From Piromyces finnis finn (Eukaryota; Fungi; Neocallimastigomycota): DNA of 64,000 nt. This document shows positions 48,919-63,089 of the stretch, in pieces. The position numbers and the translations under genes were made by a program. Where the stretch lies: assembly GCA_002104945.1 (NCBI GenBank), contig MCFH01000004.1, positions 744,001 through 808,000 on the forward strand. Reading direction: 5' to 3'. Below the pieces are notes generated by a model. The model had not been told where the DNA came from and searched no databases. It saw only the letters and a program-made list of their open reading frames with translations. The stretch's first letter is position 1; every line of letters begins with the position of its first letter.

Positions 48919-51900
48919 GATTATAATTTATATTTTAAAGTTATAATACTGATTATTTATATATATATATATATATTAATTGATTTGATTGAATTATTAA
49001 TTATTTTTTATTATTTTATATTATTATTGTATTTAGTTATGTATAGTATATATTGTTATTAATGCTTTTTATATATTATAATGATTGATTATAAATAGTG
49101 ACTATAGTATTGATTAATGGTATTAATATAACAAAAAAAGGTAATGGTTTCGTGACAATAATAATAATAATAAACTTTATAATATATAATATTATAAAAA
49201 AAAATTAATTGTTAGTATTTTGATAATAGATATTTTTTTAATTCATACACATTTCACTTTTTATAGTTATAATATAAATAGTATTTGTATAATAATATAA
49301 TAATATAAAATTATTGAATGTAGTTGAATTATATATAATTATTTAACAAAAAAAATGAAAAAGACATTGATTTAACTTTATTTAATATATTTTTTCATAA
49401 CATTTTTTAGATTAATTTTTTTAAATTAAATTAATTAAATTTGTCAAATATATTTTTAAAATAATATCCCCGGTCTAAAAATAAAATTTTAGATTATTTT
49501 TCCAGAAATTATTATTAAATCTTTTTTAATAATAAATTTATTATAGTTTTTACTATTGCAAAAAAAAAAAAAGGTTATATGCTAATTGTACATTATACTA
49601 ATATAACTACTTGTAGTAAAATCAAGTAAATTAATATTATTATGAATTATATTATTATATAATATATTATGTATATCCAATATTCTGAATTAATTTTAAT
49701 AAACATAAAAATATTTAAAGTGAATCAAGTAATTATAATCATTATTAAGTATGTTTGAATATATCTCTTATGATATACTAAATTTATCTATTTTATATTT
49801 TAATTCTAATTAGCTTTGAAAATGGGATTTTTGTTTATTTGTGTTTTGTTTGTTCCTTGTTTTTATCACTATGATACAATTCCTACAAATTCATCATTAA
49901 TCAATAATTTGCAATAAGTTCTATATAAAACATTTTTAGTAAATAAAATAAGTTCATACGTTTTAATATCAAAATATTGTTGGATTTATTTATCTTTTGA
50001 GAGGTATGTGGATAATTGAATTACAATTTATTATTATTTATTAATTTTATGGCATTATCTTATTACTTTATGTGTGATTTTATATATACAATATTGAACA
50101 AATAATTATTCAAGAAATGAAAATTAAAAATAAAAGAAAAAGAAAGAAATGAATATATATATTAAAATAGTAATAGTTATTATCATAAAATAAAAAAAAT
50201 GAACTTGAAACAAAAACGATATAAAAATAAAATAAAATAAAATAAAAAAAAAAAAAATGTATAAAAATAAAAATAAATTGAATAAAAATTATATATAAAT
50301 AAGCCTAATTAATGACTTTATAAAATATTACTAAATATATAAAGTTTTATAATATCACAGTTTTCTCTAATATTTTATAAGTTAAAATAAAAAGGAGAGA
50401 ATCTAAAAAAAAAATTAAAAAATAAAAAAAAATTAAGAATTAAAAAAAAAAAAATAAAAATATTAATATAAAAATAAATATGTTAAAAGTATAAATTATA
50501 TATTTAGAGCAATGATACTATCATAAATAAACATATTTTATTATATAATATAGGAACATTGAATTTGATGATAGTTAAAAATACATATAATCATAATATT
50601 AAAATTATTTACATATATTTTAGTGAAATTTTAATTATTATTTATACTTTATACTTTATAAAGTAGATTTAATATTTATATATAAGAATTAATATATATT
50701 ATTGTTTTTAAACTTTCTATTTTTATCCAGTACATTTTCCACATAGCAATAAATCGTTAAACTATATTTATTATTGATTTTAAAAATATATTAGCCTTTT
50801 TACATTTAATATTCTAAAAAATTCAATTAATAATATATAACATTATAATACTAAATATGATATTTGTATAATTAATAAAAAAACAAAATATAACATAGTT
50901 ATAACATCCAGAACTAATAATATAAAACTTTATAAATTATTAAGTATATTTATAAAAAGATATACACTTTTTCAAATACAGCTTATTTTTTATTTTTATT
51001 GTATATTATCAAAGCAGCAAAAATAAAAATAAAAAAAAAAAAATAGATAATAAAATATTAATTATAAAATTAGATTTTAAAAAAAAATAAAAATAAAAAA
51101 GCCTTCATAATAAATTTTTATTTTGTAAAATTAAATCTTAAATAATAATAAAATAAAAAAATATATATGTGAGTGTTTAAACCATAATCATTCCAATTAT
51201 CTATATATATACATAAATAGATTAATAGATAATTAGAATAACAGGTTATATTTTATTATATTTTAAAACTTTAAAAAATATAATCATCTCTAGAATTTAT
51301 GCTTGTTATTTTTAATATATCTTTTAATTGTCTACGCATTTAAAATAAAAGTTTTTATTATTTGTTCTACCAAATTTTCCATAACCTTATAAACTTAATG
51401 ATAACAATCAAAATAATTGATTGTTTATAAATATCAAATAAGAATAATTGATGTAATAATTAATAAATATTTATATATAATCTCTAATAACTATTAATAT
51501 ATAAACGAAAAAACTTTTTTTTTTTTTTAGTATTTTATTTATTTCCATTGAGAATATTACAGTTAGAGTTAGTATACGTAATACATAATAATATTTATAT
51601 TTATTTATTATTTATTCATATTTTTATTAATAATTACTTATTTAATTTGTATTACTTTATAGTGTTAGTAATATTTCTATTTAGTTGTAATGATGAATTG
51701 ACTAAAAAATAAAAATAAAAAAATAAAGAAAAAAAGATCTAAAGGGATATGATACATTTATTTTATTAATATTTTAATAAATATCTAGTTGTAATGTTAA
51801 TTAATATATATATATTATTGTATTTATTTAGTTTTGTTTTGTTTTTTTTTTTGTAATAATATTTTAAAAAAAGTACATATTTATTATTGTTGTGGATGTG

Positions 51901-51943
51901 ATCTATTTTACTTTCATTTAATATTTTAATAAATCTCTTTTTT

Positions 51944-53435
51944 TTAGTAGTTATTATTGTTATTATTCAATGATAGAGAACTAAAATGTGGTGATAAATT
52001 TGATATAACTGGTGATACTGAATTATAACCTAAATTCGAAGTTGAACCTGTCACCATATTTGAATTATATTTTGATCTCCATTTATTATTTGGAACAGAT
52101 AAATGTAAATCATTCACAGTTGAAGATGAAATTGGGTATTGTCTTTGAATATTTACATTCATTGTATCGCTTTGTTCTATAACTTGATTATAAAAATTAT
52201 AAAATATATTATAATTTGTAGAATATGACATTGACGAATCCAATGATATTGATGTCTTAATAATTTAGACAATTTAAATTATTTAATATATTTTATAATG
52301 TTAATAATAAAATAATATATTAATATATTGAAAATTTATTAAAATATATTTGATTTCTATAATTACCACACAAACGCTTGTTCCATTAAATGTATTTGCA
52401 ATATCACTTTTATTAATTCTATAACGTTCTGATACTAAGTCGGCTTTATTTCCTACAACCAAAAGAGGAATAGATAGTTTTATTTCTGGATTTTCAACCT
52501 CAATCTTTAAGTCTATATTATTATTATCTATTATATATTAAAAGTAAATAATATTTATTAATAAATTGTATATACATTGTTTATAATAATACAAAAAAAA
52601 AAAAAAAAGGTAAAATTAAAATTAATACTAACTAGCTTTAAGTCCATTGAATCCTGAAGATCTGAAAGTATTCGACTGTAAAATTTCCTGTAGCCATTTC
52701 CATAAATTCTTATAAGATTTATTATTCGATAAGTCATGAACCAGTATTATTCCTTTAATATCTTTATAAAACATTTCTCTACTTTTTGGATGCTTACATC
52801 CTTTTTTTTTTTTTTTTTTAAATAAATATATAATAAGTATAATTTATTTTAATAAAAAAAAATGAAAAACTTTAAAATTAATTTATCATAAATCTTTATT
52901 ATTATAATATTTACTGTTATTAGTTTCAATGAATTCTAAATAGTAATATCTATTTGTTTTTTCATATTTGTATAACTTTTTGAATAATATTATGTATTTA
53001 AAAAATAATTAAATTCAATTTTACCAATTTCAAATATTTAATTTCGAGTAATTATATACCTTAACATCAAGATGACATCCTATTGTCCATAAAGCATTTT
53101 TCTTAACCTCATTTTGACATAAAATATTAACTAAGCTTGTTTTTCCGACACCTATAGATGTTTATTCATTTATTAAATTATTTAAATTGTTATTTAAAAA
53201 TATATATGATAATAATATATAATGTAAAAGGGGGAAAAATAAAGAATAACAATTCGTTTAAATATTTGAAATTAATTAAATATTGTTAATATTTCTTTAA
53301 AATAAATTAACATTTGTTTGCTTGTTTATTTGTTTGTTTGAAAATAATTTTTAAATATACAATTATTGAAATAAGATTATTTTATTAACCTGGATCTCCA
53401 ACAACTAAAATTTTTAATGAATTATGACTTTCCAT
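51944..53435 (-). CDS. RABL3: Rab-like protein 3 small GTPase
   Basis: LKILVVGDPGVGKTSLVNILCQNEV..NALWTIGCHLDVK, FYKDIKGIILVHDLSNNKSYKNLWKW and IPLLVVGNKAD are collinear with RABL3 (GDSGVGKSSLVHLLCQ, WTVGC, IIFVHDLTNKKS.QNL..W, IPLLVIGTK.D). Confidence 0.85.
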
Positions 53436-53863
53436 TATAAAATTTATTAAGTTAAAACGATTTAATATTACAAATATTTAGCTTTTATTTAATTTCTACA
53501 GATTCATTAATAATAAATAAGAGATTATAAATTTGAAGTTGTTTCGCTAATTTATTTACACTTTATCTATATTAAATTATTAATTAAAATTTTCATTATA
53601 AAACTTTATAAAAATAAATAAAATTAAAGTTCTATTCATTTATTTATTTATTAATATATTCATTCATTTACTTTTCTATAATATTTTATTTTACCAACTA
53701 ATTAATCAATATATTTTCCAATCATTTTATAATATAAAAATTAATTTCTATTACAGTAAATAACAAAAAAAATTTTATTATAAATTCTGCTGCAACTAAC
53801 TTGGTTTTGGATAAAATATAAAGTAAAAAAAAAAGTTATTTATTAATAGATTATAGAAATAAA

Positions 53864-55380
53864 ATGTCAACAGAAAACGTCCCAAAAAGAAAGTTTACTG
53901 ATTCAGGGGATAAGAAAAAGAAAAGAGCTTATATAAAAGTAAAAATAAATTTAATAAATTCAAAGTCATAATTTCGATATTACATTATAAATTTTTATAA
54001 ATAATTTGAAATCCATTCAAAATTCTATTTGCAAAATTATAAATCAAATCATTTACATAATAAATATAATTTATACCTTAAATATGTACAATTTTTTAAT
54101 ATTTATTGCAATTTAAAAATAAAAAAAAAAAAAAAAAAAAAAAGAATAATGGTTCTACTAAAATGTTTGCAGCTAAAGCTAAAATGAGTGGTTTCTTAAT
54201 TACCTGTACATTGAACAAAGAAAGAAGCAGTGCAAGAGAAATGTGTGACCTTCTTAGTGAAGTAAATAAAAATATATTAAATAAATAATTGATTCTATTA
54301 CTACCAACCTATTTAAGAAATTTCAAAATTCCATCACATAAAAATATAAAACTTTTTTTTTTTTTGAAATTTCTTGAATAATTTTTCTTTAAAAAAATAT
54401 ATATATATATATAATAGTTTAAAATATTAAAGTATATTTTTTCTCTATTATAAAAATTAATATTTCAAAATATGATAATAGCATGTAGAAGAAATGTATC
54501 CAGAATTGTGTGAAAAAAAAGAAGTAGAAGAAATTGACAGTGAAAATGAAGATGACATTGATGATATCGAAGCCTCATTAGCAAAAGAATTAAATAATAT
54601 GAAAAATGATAAAAAGGAAAAAAATAAATTCGAAATAGTTCCTCTTAATATCAATTGTTTAGGTTTTATAAGAGCAAGAGTTCCTATTGATCCTGTGAAA
54701 GTTGTTCATTCAATTTTTGAAACTATCGAAAACAAAAAAGAAAAAAAAACAAAGTAATTACCATAATAAATAAATATCAATTTTTTTTTTAAAACTATTG
54801 GTTTAATTTAAAATACGAAATAATATATTCTATTTATCAAAAATTAATATTTCATCCTTTTAATAAAATAATGATAGATATACTCAAAGAATTATTCCAA
54901 TTGTTAATACATGTACTACAAATAAGCCAGAAATATTTAAATTAGCTGAAACCATAGTAAAGCCATATTTTCCAGATGACGAACAAAAAGAAGTAAATAT
55001 ATTTTATTTAATACTTTTTCAAAATATATTTATATATATATATTATCTTTATTTCTTATATATATATATTAACATTTCATTTTTTTTTTTTTTTTCTAAT
55101 CATTTATACAATTATATATATTAAATAATAATAATAACATGAAAAAAAGTATGCTATTATGATTAAAATAAGAAATAATAGTAAAATGGATAGAATGGAA
55201 ATTATACAGGGAATTGCTGGCGTTATCGGAGAAAAGCATAAAGTTAATTTAACCAATCCATCTTTATTTGTTATTGTTGAAATTTTCAAAACTGTTTGTG
55301 GAATAAGTGTTGTAGATGACTATTTCAAATATAAGAAATACAATATGGAAGAAGTATTTGAAAGAACATTTAATAACTAA
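53864..55380 (+). CDS. TAN1: THUMP-domain tRNA N4-acetylcytidine adaptor (Tan1/THUMPD1)
   Basis: GFLITC..NKERSSARE, DIEASLAKEL, KTKYTQRIIP, YAIMIKIRNN and HKVNLTNP..FVIVEIFKTVCGISVVDDYFKYKKYN. Head-to-head with RABL3 about 430 bp apart. Confidence 0.9.
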
Positions 55381-55745
55381 ATTAAAAATAATAAAGATGG
55401 ATATGAAATATGAAAATATATTGTTCATTTATTAATTCTTTTTAATAAAAATAAAAATAGACGTTTAACTCTTTTTTCTCGCAAATAAAATGAAATGAAA
55501 TAAAATTAATGTAATTATCATCCTAATAGAATTTTAAAAAAAAAAAATTAGTAAACATAAATAAAATCATTAAAAAAAAAAAAGGAAAAAAAAAAAAATC
55601 TTTATTGTTATTGTAATAATAATACTTTTTTAATATAACTTCTAATATTTATTGATTGTTAACAACTTTAATATGAAATTATTAATAATTTTTAGTATTT
55701 TATGGATTAATAAATTAAATTTTAAATTTAATAGGTTTATGAAAC

Positions 55746-56185
55746 TTATATTAAATTCCATTGTTTTTGGCATTCTCTTATAACATCATTTGCATCAACA
55801 GTACTTCTCGAATGGGCAAACATCATATCTAATAATTTTTTATAATAATCATTTTGCAATATGAGATATCTAAATAAATATAAATTCAATAATTAAAAAG
55901 CTGTTCAAATATATATGAAATTCTATAATATTTATTATAATATTTATTAATAATAATATATATTATATACTTCATATTTAAGGATTGTATATCATCTACA
56001 AAATCTTCATCAATTTCATTTTCAATGATATGAGTAGCAATTGTTTTTTCTTCCTTCATTAATGTATGCCAGTTAATAGAACCATTATTAGTGACTTCAT
56101 TCATAGACTGGTTTACTTCATATAAATAATCAATAGTTTCTTGGGTTGCACCTTTAAAGTTTTGGCAATATATATATCTTTTAAA

Positions 56186-56216
<31 letters not shown>

Positions 56217-58602
56217 TAATAATAATAATAATAATAATAAATTAAAATACAAAAAAAAAAAAAAAATTAATAGAAATATTATTTATTTAAAATATCTTAT
56301 TCTGAATAAATATACCTTTTACAATGGTTAATGGTAGATGAAATAGAATTAGCTATAGAAATTTTTTCGAAATGCTTTGCTAATATATATAAGATCTCAA
56401 TTGTAAATGGTTGATACAAATCATAGAATTTGATAATCATATTACCACCTAAAAAGCAATACATTAATATTATGATTATATGTTACAATAAAAGATAATA
56501 CTTTGTTAAATATAAACAATTATTCCTATATTACCATTATTTAAAGTAGATAATATAATAATCACTTGAATGAGTAAATATTGATAGTAATTTTCTTCAT
56601 TGTTATCTTTAAGTAAATCTTCATCACCATTTTCAATCATCTAAATAATTATTAAATTTATTTGAATTATTAATATAATCCTATAATTATTTCATTTATT
56701 CCTTCTTTATGAAATATTATAACTAAACATAAAAAAAAGTAATAATAATAAAATATTTTAAATTTACATATCCCGAGCAAACTAGATCAACTTTTTCAGT
56801 AATTGTTTCAATAAAACTTTTAATATTTTCATTCTTTAAATTAGAATCTATTATTTATATTATTTATATTAAATGTTATTATTAATTTATTAGAATAAAC
56901 AAAAAAAAAAAAATATATATATATATATATATTAATACCCTTCTCACAACTATATTCTGAGACGTCGACATTTTCGCTTTTTGGAGGAATAAATACTCCA
57001 TTTAAATTATCTTTAATATTGTAGATATGACCCTTTATATTTAAATTATTTCTTCTTGCCCTCCATACAATATACTCTAATAAATATAGTATATTATTAT
57101 TTATTATTTCCAAAAAATGGTTTTTAAAATAATATTAGAGAATTTATAACAGCAATAATAAAGTAATATTCTTCAATACTATTATTAAATAATCACCGGA
57201 AAAGCTTCCTTTACTGAATAAATCAATATATTTCTACAATTGAATTATTATATAAAGAAAATTAATAAAATGTATACTTTATAAAATAAAAATTTTAAAT
57301 GATTATTATTGCATTAATATATCTATTTTTAATAATTACAAATGAAGTCATGTCGTTTCTTGGAGACTCAAAAAATTTACATAAATTATCAAGTGCAGCA
57401 ATTGGAATAATATTGGTTGTTCTGAAATTTGGAATCAATTTAATTCTATAGAAAGGATTACATAATGGACATATTTTTCTAATGACATATAAACTTTTAA
57501 GTATTTTGTTCTTTTTATTTTTTTAATATATCATTTTCATCATTTTTCATTTAAAAAAAACATTAGATATATAAATAGATAAAATATATAAATATAATAA
57601 AATTAGAATGATTAAAATTTAATTATTATATTAAAATAAAAATAAAATAAAATAAAAAAAAAAAACCTTTGAACGTCTAAGTTCTTTATATAAAGCTGGA
57701 TCACTATATTTGATATAATCTGGAGTTGTTGCCTTTTAATAAATAAAATATATGTATATTTAATATAATTATTTTATAAATTTGTAAAATTATATTTTAC
57801 ATTTTAAAAAATTTAATTTTGAAATGAAATCTGAATTTTAAACGAAAAATTCAATGAAATTTATATTAAAAAAATATAAAAAACTATTTATACCTTGTCT
57901 TCTTTTATTTTATATGATAAAGTTGTACCTGAAGCAGAATTATTATCAATGTTTCTTAAACTTTGTCTAAAAAATTTTTCTACATTAATCTTTTCAACAC
58001 CTTTTAAATTATAAAAATTAATAAACTTAACAACTATGACAGAATATAAATAATACAAAATTAATATCATATAATATTATACAAACATACCTGTATGTGC
58101 TAACTGTTTTATAATAATGCAATAGAAGTCACAAGTATAGGTATGAAAAGAAGCAATATTAACAATTTTATTCATATTAATTTCTTTTTTTTTTTTTTAT
58201 TAAAATATATATAAAAAAAACAATTTAATTACTTGTTGATATTTTTGTAAATCTCTATAATTTGGAGGTTCATAGCTGGATTTCATCTCGGTATTGATAT
58301 AATCTATATCATCTTCGGAGTATGGAACATAATTTAAATGATTCATCTTCACTATTACAATTACAATATTATAAAAAGTAATAAAAAAAAAAGTTTTTAT
58401 TTTTTGTTAAAATATTATAATATATTTGTATTACATACACTATTTATACACATTTTTTTAAATAATTTAAATCTAACCTTTAGTGGTTTCTGTAAATATA
58501 TTTTATTTAATATATCTTTTTTGCTTTAAATTTTTTATAACTATTTAAATATAAATTATATCTTCTTGTTAATACACTTATCTTTTTTATACCTGTAACC
58601 AT
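55746..58602 (-). CDS. CMTR1-like cap 2'-O-methyltransferase-fold protein, apparently catalytically degenerate (start at 58602 or 58346)
   Basis: Spliced exons give NPFYRI, DLFSKGSFSEYIVWR, NENIKSF..VDLVCSG, GGNMIIKFYDLYQPFT..ILY.LAKHFEKI, KRYIYCQNFK and ECQKQWNL, collinear with the CMTR1 RrmJ/FtsJ domain. Confidence 0.75.
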
Positions 58603-59677
58603 AGAATTAGTATAATAAAAAAAAATATTATTATTATTATTATTATTATTATTGTTATTATTATTATTATTACTTTATTATTTTAACTAACTAAATAATA
58701 ATTTAAATATATATTTAAAAAAAAAAACCTTTGAATAAACATATATAAGATATTTTTGTATTTTTAATTAAAATTATGGAAAGGTAAAGCTATTAATATA
58801 CTAAAATGGAATAATTGTATTCTTCCATAATAATTAAAGTGATAAGAGACAAAATTATAAGTAATATTGATTTCATTGCCTTATTTTATTGTTTTTTTCT
58901 AGAACTGGTACTATTAACTATTTTATTAAATATTGAGCAAGTATTAATAATTGTTGGTAAATAATATAAACTATAATTTTGATAAAAAAAACCTCCTCAA
59001 TGACCGTCAAAAATAAAGATCTTCTTTAATATCTGGTTTAATTTTTGATACTTTTAAAATTCTTTAGTATTTTCTTGTTAAAACTTTTTCCTCTAAGAAG
59101 GAATTTTGTCTTTTTTTTTTTTTTTTTTACTTATACTAGAATAATCATATATATTATTATTTACTGAATTATAAATAATTATTCAGATTTAATAAATTAG
59201 GATCATTATTATTATTAATATAATATTCTATCATCATTATTTATAACATTTTATTAAAAAAAAAAAAAACTATATTTATTTTTCACTTTCATCAAAAAAA
59301 AATTATAATAATAATAATAAATAAATAAAGATTGATATACCATTGTAATATTTTATAATTTAATTTTTATTTTTTATTTAATATTATTGTTTTCAAAATA
59401 CCTAATATTTTATTTTATTTTTTATCTTTATTGTTATTATTTTTATTATTTTTTTTTTTTAATTTTTATTTTTATTTTTACTTTTTTTTTAATTTTTCTT
59501 AAACTAAATAATTAATAAGAGGAAAAAGAATAAATAATAAATGATTTGGGTTAAATAATTCTGTTTTTTTATTTATAAATAGGATATGGGTAATTTAACA
59601 ATTTTTTTTTAAAAAGATTTATTATTAAATTTAAAAAATTAAAGTTATTTTTAAGTGACGAAACTTATACAATTTAT

Positions 59678-61078
59678 TTAAGCACGAAGACGTTCTTGAC
59701 GCTTGAAGTATTCAGATAATTTACCCTTACCATTGTCGAACTTAATGTAGGAACTATTTTACAGTATTTTTAAAAAAATAAATAATATATTTATTAATAT
59801 TCTATTCTTTTATTCATTTTTATTTTTATTATTAATTATATATGTATATCAAAATAAGCTTACCCATCAGTGTGGATCTTCTTTTCTTCCATCATTTGGA
59901 GGTATTCTTCCTTAGTTAACTTAGTGAAACCCCACTTGTTGGAAACAATGATCTTTTGACGACCTGGGAACTTGTACTTAGCACGACGAAGAGATTCAAT
60001 AACAGCTTCCTTGTTGGCTTCCTTGCAACGAATGGACATAAGAACTTGACCAATGTTGACACGAGCAACAGTACCTTCTGGCTTACCGAAAGCACCACGC
60101 ATACCAGTTTGGAGTCTATCAGCACCGGCACATGAAAGCATCTTGTTGATACGGAGGACGTGGAATGGGTGGACTCTGATTCTCATGTGGAAGGAATCCT
60201 TACCAGCAACCTTAGTGATGTACTTGTTAGCACAAATACGAGCAGCTTCAAGAGCTTCAGAAGAAATTTGTTGGTATTCATCAGAAAGTAAGTGGACAGT
60301 GCATGGGAATTCATCAACAGTAGCCTTCTTACGACCTAAATCGAAAATTCTGATCTTTGGATCTGGAACACCACGACAGAAACGAGATTTTGGGTATGGC
60401 TTGTTCTTACAGTATCTGTAGCATCTAGCCTAAAAAAATTATTTATTTATATTTAAAATATTTAACTTAATATCATATACATATTTCTTCATTTTAATTT
60501 ATTTTAATTTCAATAGCTCTTCAATTTCTAATATTAAAATTATATTTTTAATTTTAACAACTTAGGTTTATTAATATAAAATTTAATTATTTCAATATTT
60601 TATTAAACAAAATATTATTTATTTATTCATTTACATATCTGGCATTATGATTTTCCATTCATATTATAAATATTAACAATATTTTTATAAATCGTCTTGA
60701 TTTTCCTCTTATCATATAATTTTACTTTAAAAAATTATATTAAATCTTGACTCTTTATACCTCAAAATATTATTGAAAATTCTTTGAAGAATATTTCCTC
60801 TTATCATATAATTTTACTTTAAAAAATTATATTAAATCTTGACTCTTTATACCTCAAAGTATTATTGAAATTTCTTAAAATATGTTATTTTTATATTTCT
60901 TGTTTTCATTTTTGATTTATTCTCTTTTTTATATATTTAAATTATAATTTCCTATATACAAACTATTTTTTTATTATATATACTTATATTGATAATATTC
61001 TTTTAATTTTTTCAATTAACTTTTTTTTTTCTTTTAACAATTATCCCAATGCATGAAACTTACTGGACGACGACCCAT
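59678..61078 (-). CDS. RPL10: 60S ribosomal protein L10 (uL16/QM), 3 exons
   Basis: MGRRP|[32 protein letters not shown]...[36 protein letters not shown]. Shows the strong codon bias of a highly expressed gene. Confidence 0.98.
60702..60875. repeat. Tandem duplication with a 92-bp period inside RPL10 intron 1
   Basis: TTCCTCTTATCATATAATTTTACTTTAAAAAATTATATTAAATCTTGACTCTTTATACCTCAAA occurs identically starting near 60703 and near 60795. Confidence 0.95.
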
Positions 61079-62189
61079 TTTATTTTATCTTTTTTTTTTA
61101 TTTTAATATTATTATTATTTAATAATACTTTTATTATTAAAAAAATTTTTTAAAACGAAATTCTTAGTTTTTATATAAAAAAAATTTTAAATTTGTAAAC
61201 TATATATTAAATATATTATAATATATAGTAATATATTATAATAATTATTAATTACAAAAACTATGAATAGGCGGATTTTTTTCCACATTTAATATAAAAA
61301 AAAAAGTAAGCTACTTAGTAAATTTTTAATTACTACACTTTACAACTATTTAATATTTATTTTTCTATAAATAAATATATTCAATATAATTTTTATAGTT
61401 ATCTATTAATAACTTTAATATTTAATAAAGTATAATAATAATATACCTGTTATTATTAATTATATTACTAAAAATTTTGTGGATTTAAACCCACAAAAAT
61501 AAAAAATATAAAAATCTGTATATTATACTTTGTTTTATAGTTAATTATAAATTAATTATTAATTATTTGAAATTATATTATTACAATTTTACTTAACCAT
61601 GTTTTTTTTTTTTTTTTTTTTAATCATTGATATATGGAATAAACATAGTAATTGTATTAATGAAATGAAGGAAATTTAAGCCCACTATATAATTAAAAAT
61701 TATGAGAAAAAAAAAATATTATTAAAATATTATAAATTATATAAAGTTTTTTATTAAATAATTATCTACTTTGACAGTAAAAAATATACTAATTATAATA
61801 TTAAATATTTTTAACTTTTATCAATTAATATTTAATATTTAAAAAACTAAAGGTATATAAATTATTTTTAAAATGATATTATAAAATTTTAGTTGAAACG
61901 ATATTTGAAATTTGATTTAAATTAATTCTCACTTTTTAAAAAATAAAATACATATATATATTTATATATTTACTCTATAAGAAAATAATTAATTTAGTCA
62001 ATAGCAAAAAAAAAAAAAAAGAAAAAATAAGCATTATACCTGTATTTCAATTCTGAAAATTTCAAAAATTTGATAAAAATGAAATTATAATATTTCAAGT
62101 ATGTTATGTTTTATTAGTACTATCATTATTAACTTTTATTTAAACTTTGATGTATACTTAGAATTTTTGTAAAAGATTTCACTGTTAAC

Positions 62190-62240
62190 TTCTACCTACT
62201 AAATTAAATAAAATAAAGAAGTAACATCAAGTATGGTTGT
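62190..62240 (-). mobile_element. Short decayed copy of the retrotransposon ORF-terminal segment
   Basis: CTACCTACTAAATTAAATAAAATAAAGAAGTAACATCAAGTATG aligns with 63144-63195 CTACCTAATAAATTAAATGAAATA(A)nGAAGTAACATCAGGTATG. Confidence 0.65.
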
Positions 62241-62800
62241 ATTTATAGATATCATGTAATAGTACATACACTAATAAAAGAATTATGTCCATATAAAAAG
62301 GCATGACAATATAAATTTTTCATAGTAAAAAAAAAATTAATATTCTATTCAAGCATAAGAATAAATGACTTTAAACCAGTGGAAATATAATTGTTGGAGA
62401 AAAAACGTTTAATAAAGTAGGAGATAAAAAAAAAAGCATATCATGAAACTTTTGGAATTAAGTCAATACTAATGTAAAAAGTCGAGTCAAAGAAAACAAC
62501 ATAGGTAATTTTATCTTTAAAAATTTCACTAATAAATATAAATAAAATAATATACTTCTCTATTACGAAAATTATAGTGTTCAAGTCTGATATTGTTTTT
62601 TTTTTTTCTTTTTAATGGTATCAAATATTTTTAAACTTATAATTAATTTAATTAAAATTATAATACATGTAAAATAAAAAATTAAAATAAAAAATAAAAA
62701 AAAATATGTTTAAATAAATACAAATGAATAAAAATTGGGAATAATGTAATTTTAATTAAAGTAAGAAAGTCACTATTATACTAAAGTATAATAATTGTAT

Positions 62801-62918
62801 TTGACTTCCAATGGGACATCGAGCCAAAGATCAAAATTTTATCATGGGACAAAATTATGATCTCCATTGGTTGCGCTGGCCCTCCTGGCCTGTCTTACTG
62901 TTTCTTCAGCATTGACTT
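62801..62918 (-). mobile_element. GC-rich structured block, probable 3' end of a related non-LTR element
   Basis: Short open frame VNAEETVRQARRASATNGDHNFVP*, with its stop inside a 16-bp hairpin and a CCAATGG/CCATTGG stem. TTGACTT occurs at both ends. Confidence 0.4.
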
Positions 62919-63089
62919 TTTTTTTTTTTTAGACTAGGAAGAGAATACACATCTTTTATTTATTTATTTAATTTGTGATATTACATAATATTAGGTGATA
63001 ATACATATTGATATAATAAATAATAAATAAAAATAATAAAATATAAATAAATAAAAATATAAATATAAAATAATATAAAAAAATTATTT

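Noticed and set aside
60702-60875. CRISPR-like or prokaryotic array
   Set aside because: Only two adjacent units with no spacers, inside a eukaryotic intron. No CRISPR, rRNA or intact tRNA gene was seen anywhere in the window.
53864-61078. TAN1, CMTR1-like and RPL10 as a functional RNA-processing cluster
   Set aside because: These are unrelated pathways in mixed orientation, and adjacency of housekeeping genes is expected by chance.
61475-61498. Inverted repeat TTTTGTGG-n8-CCACAAAA as a tRNA T-arm relic or RPL10 promoter site
   Set aside because: Too short, with no other tRNA arms around it.
62801-62918. HDV-like or hammerhead ribozyme (GGC-CCTCCTG-GCC; CTGAAGA)
   Set aside because: The P1.1, P2 and J4/2 requirements of the HDV fold fail, and there is no stem II/GAAA for a hammerhead.
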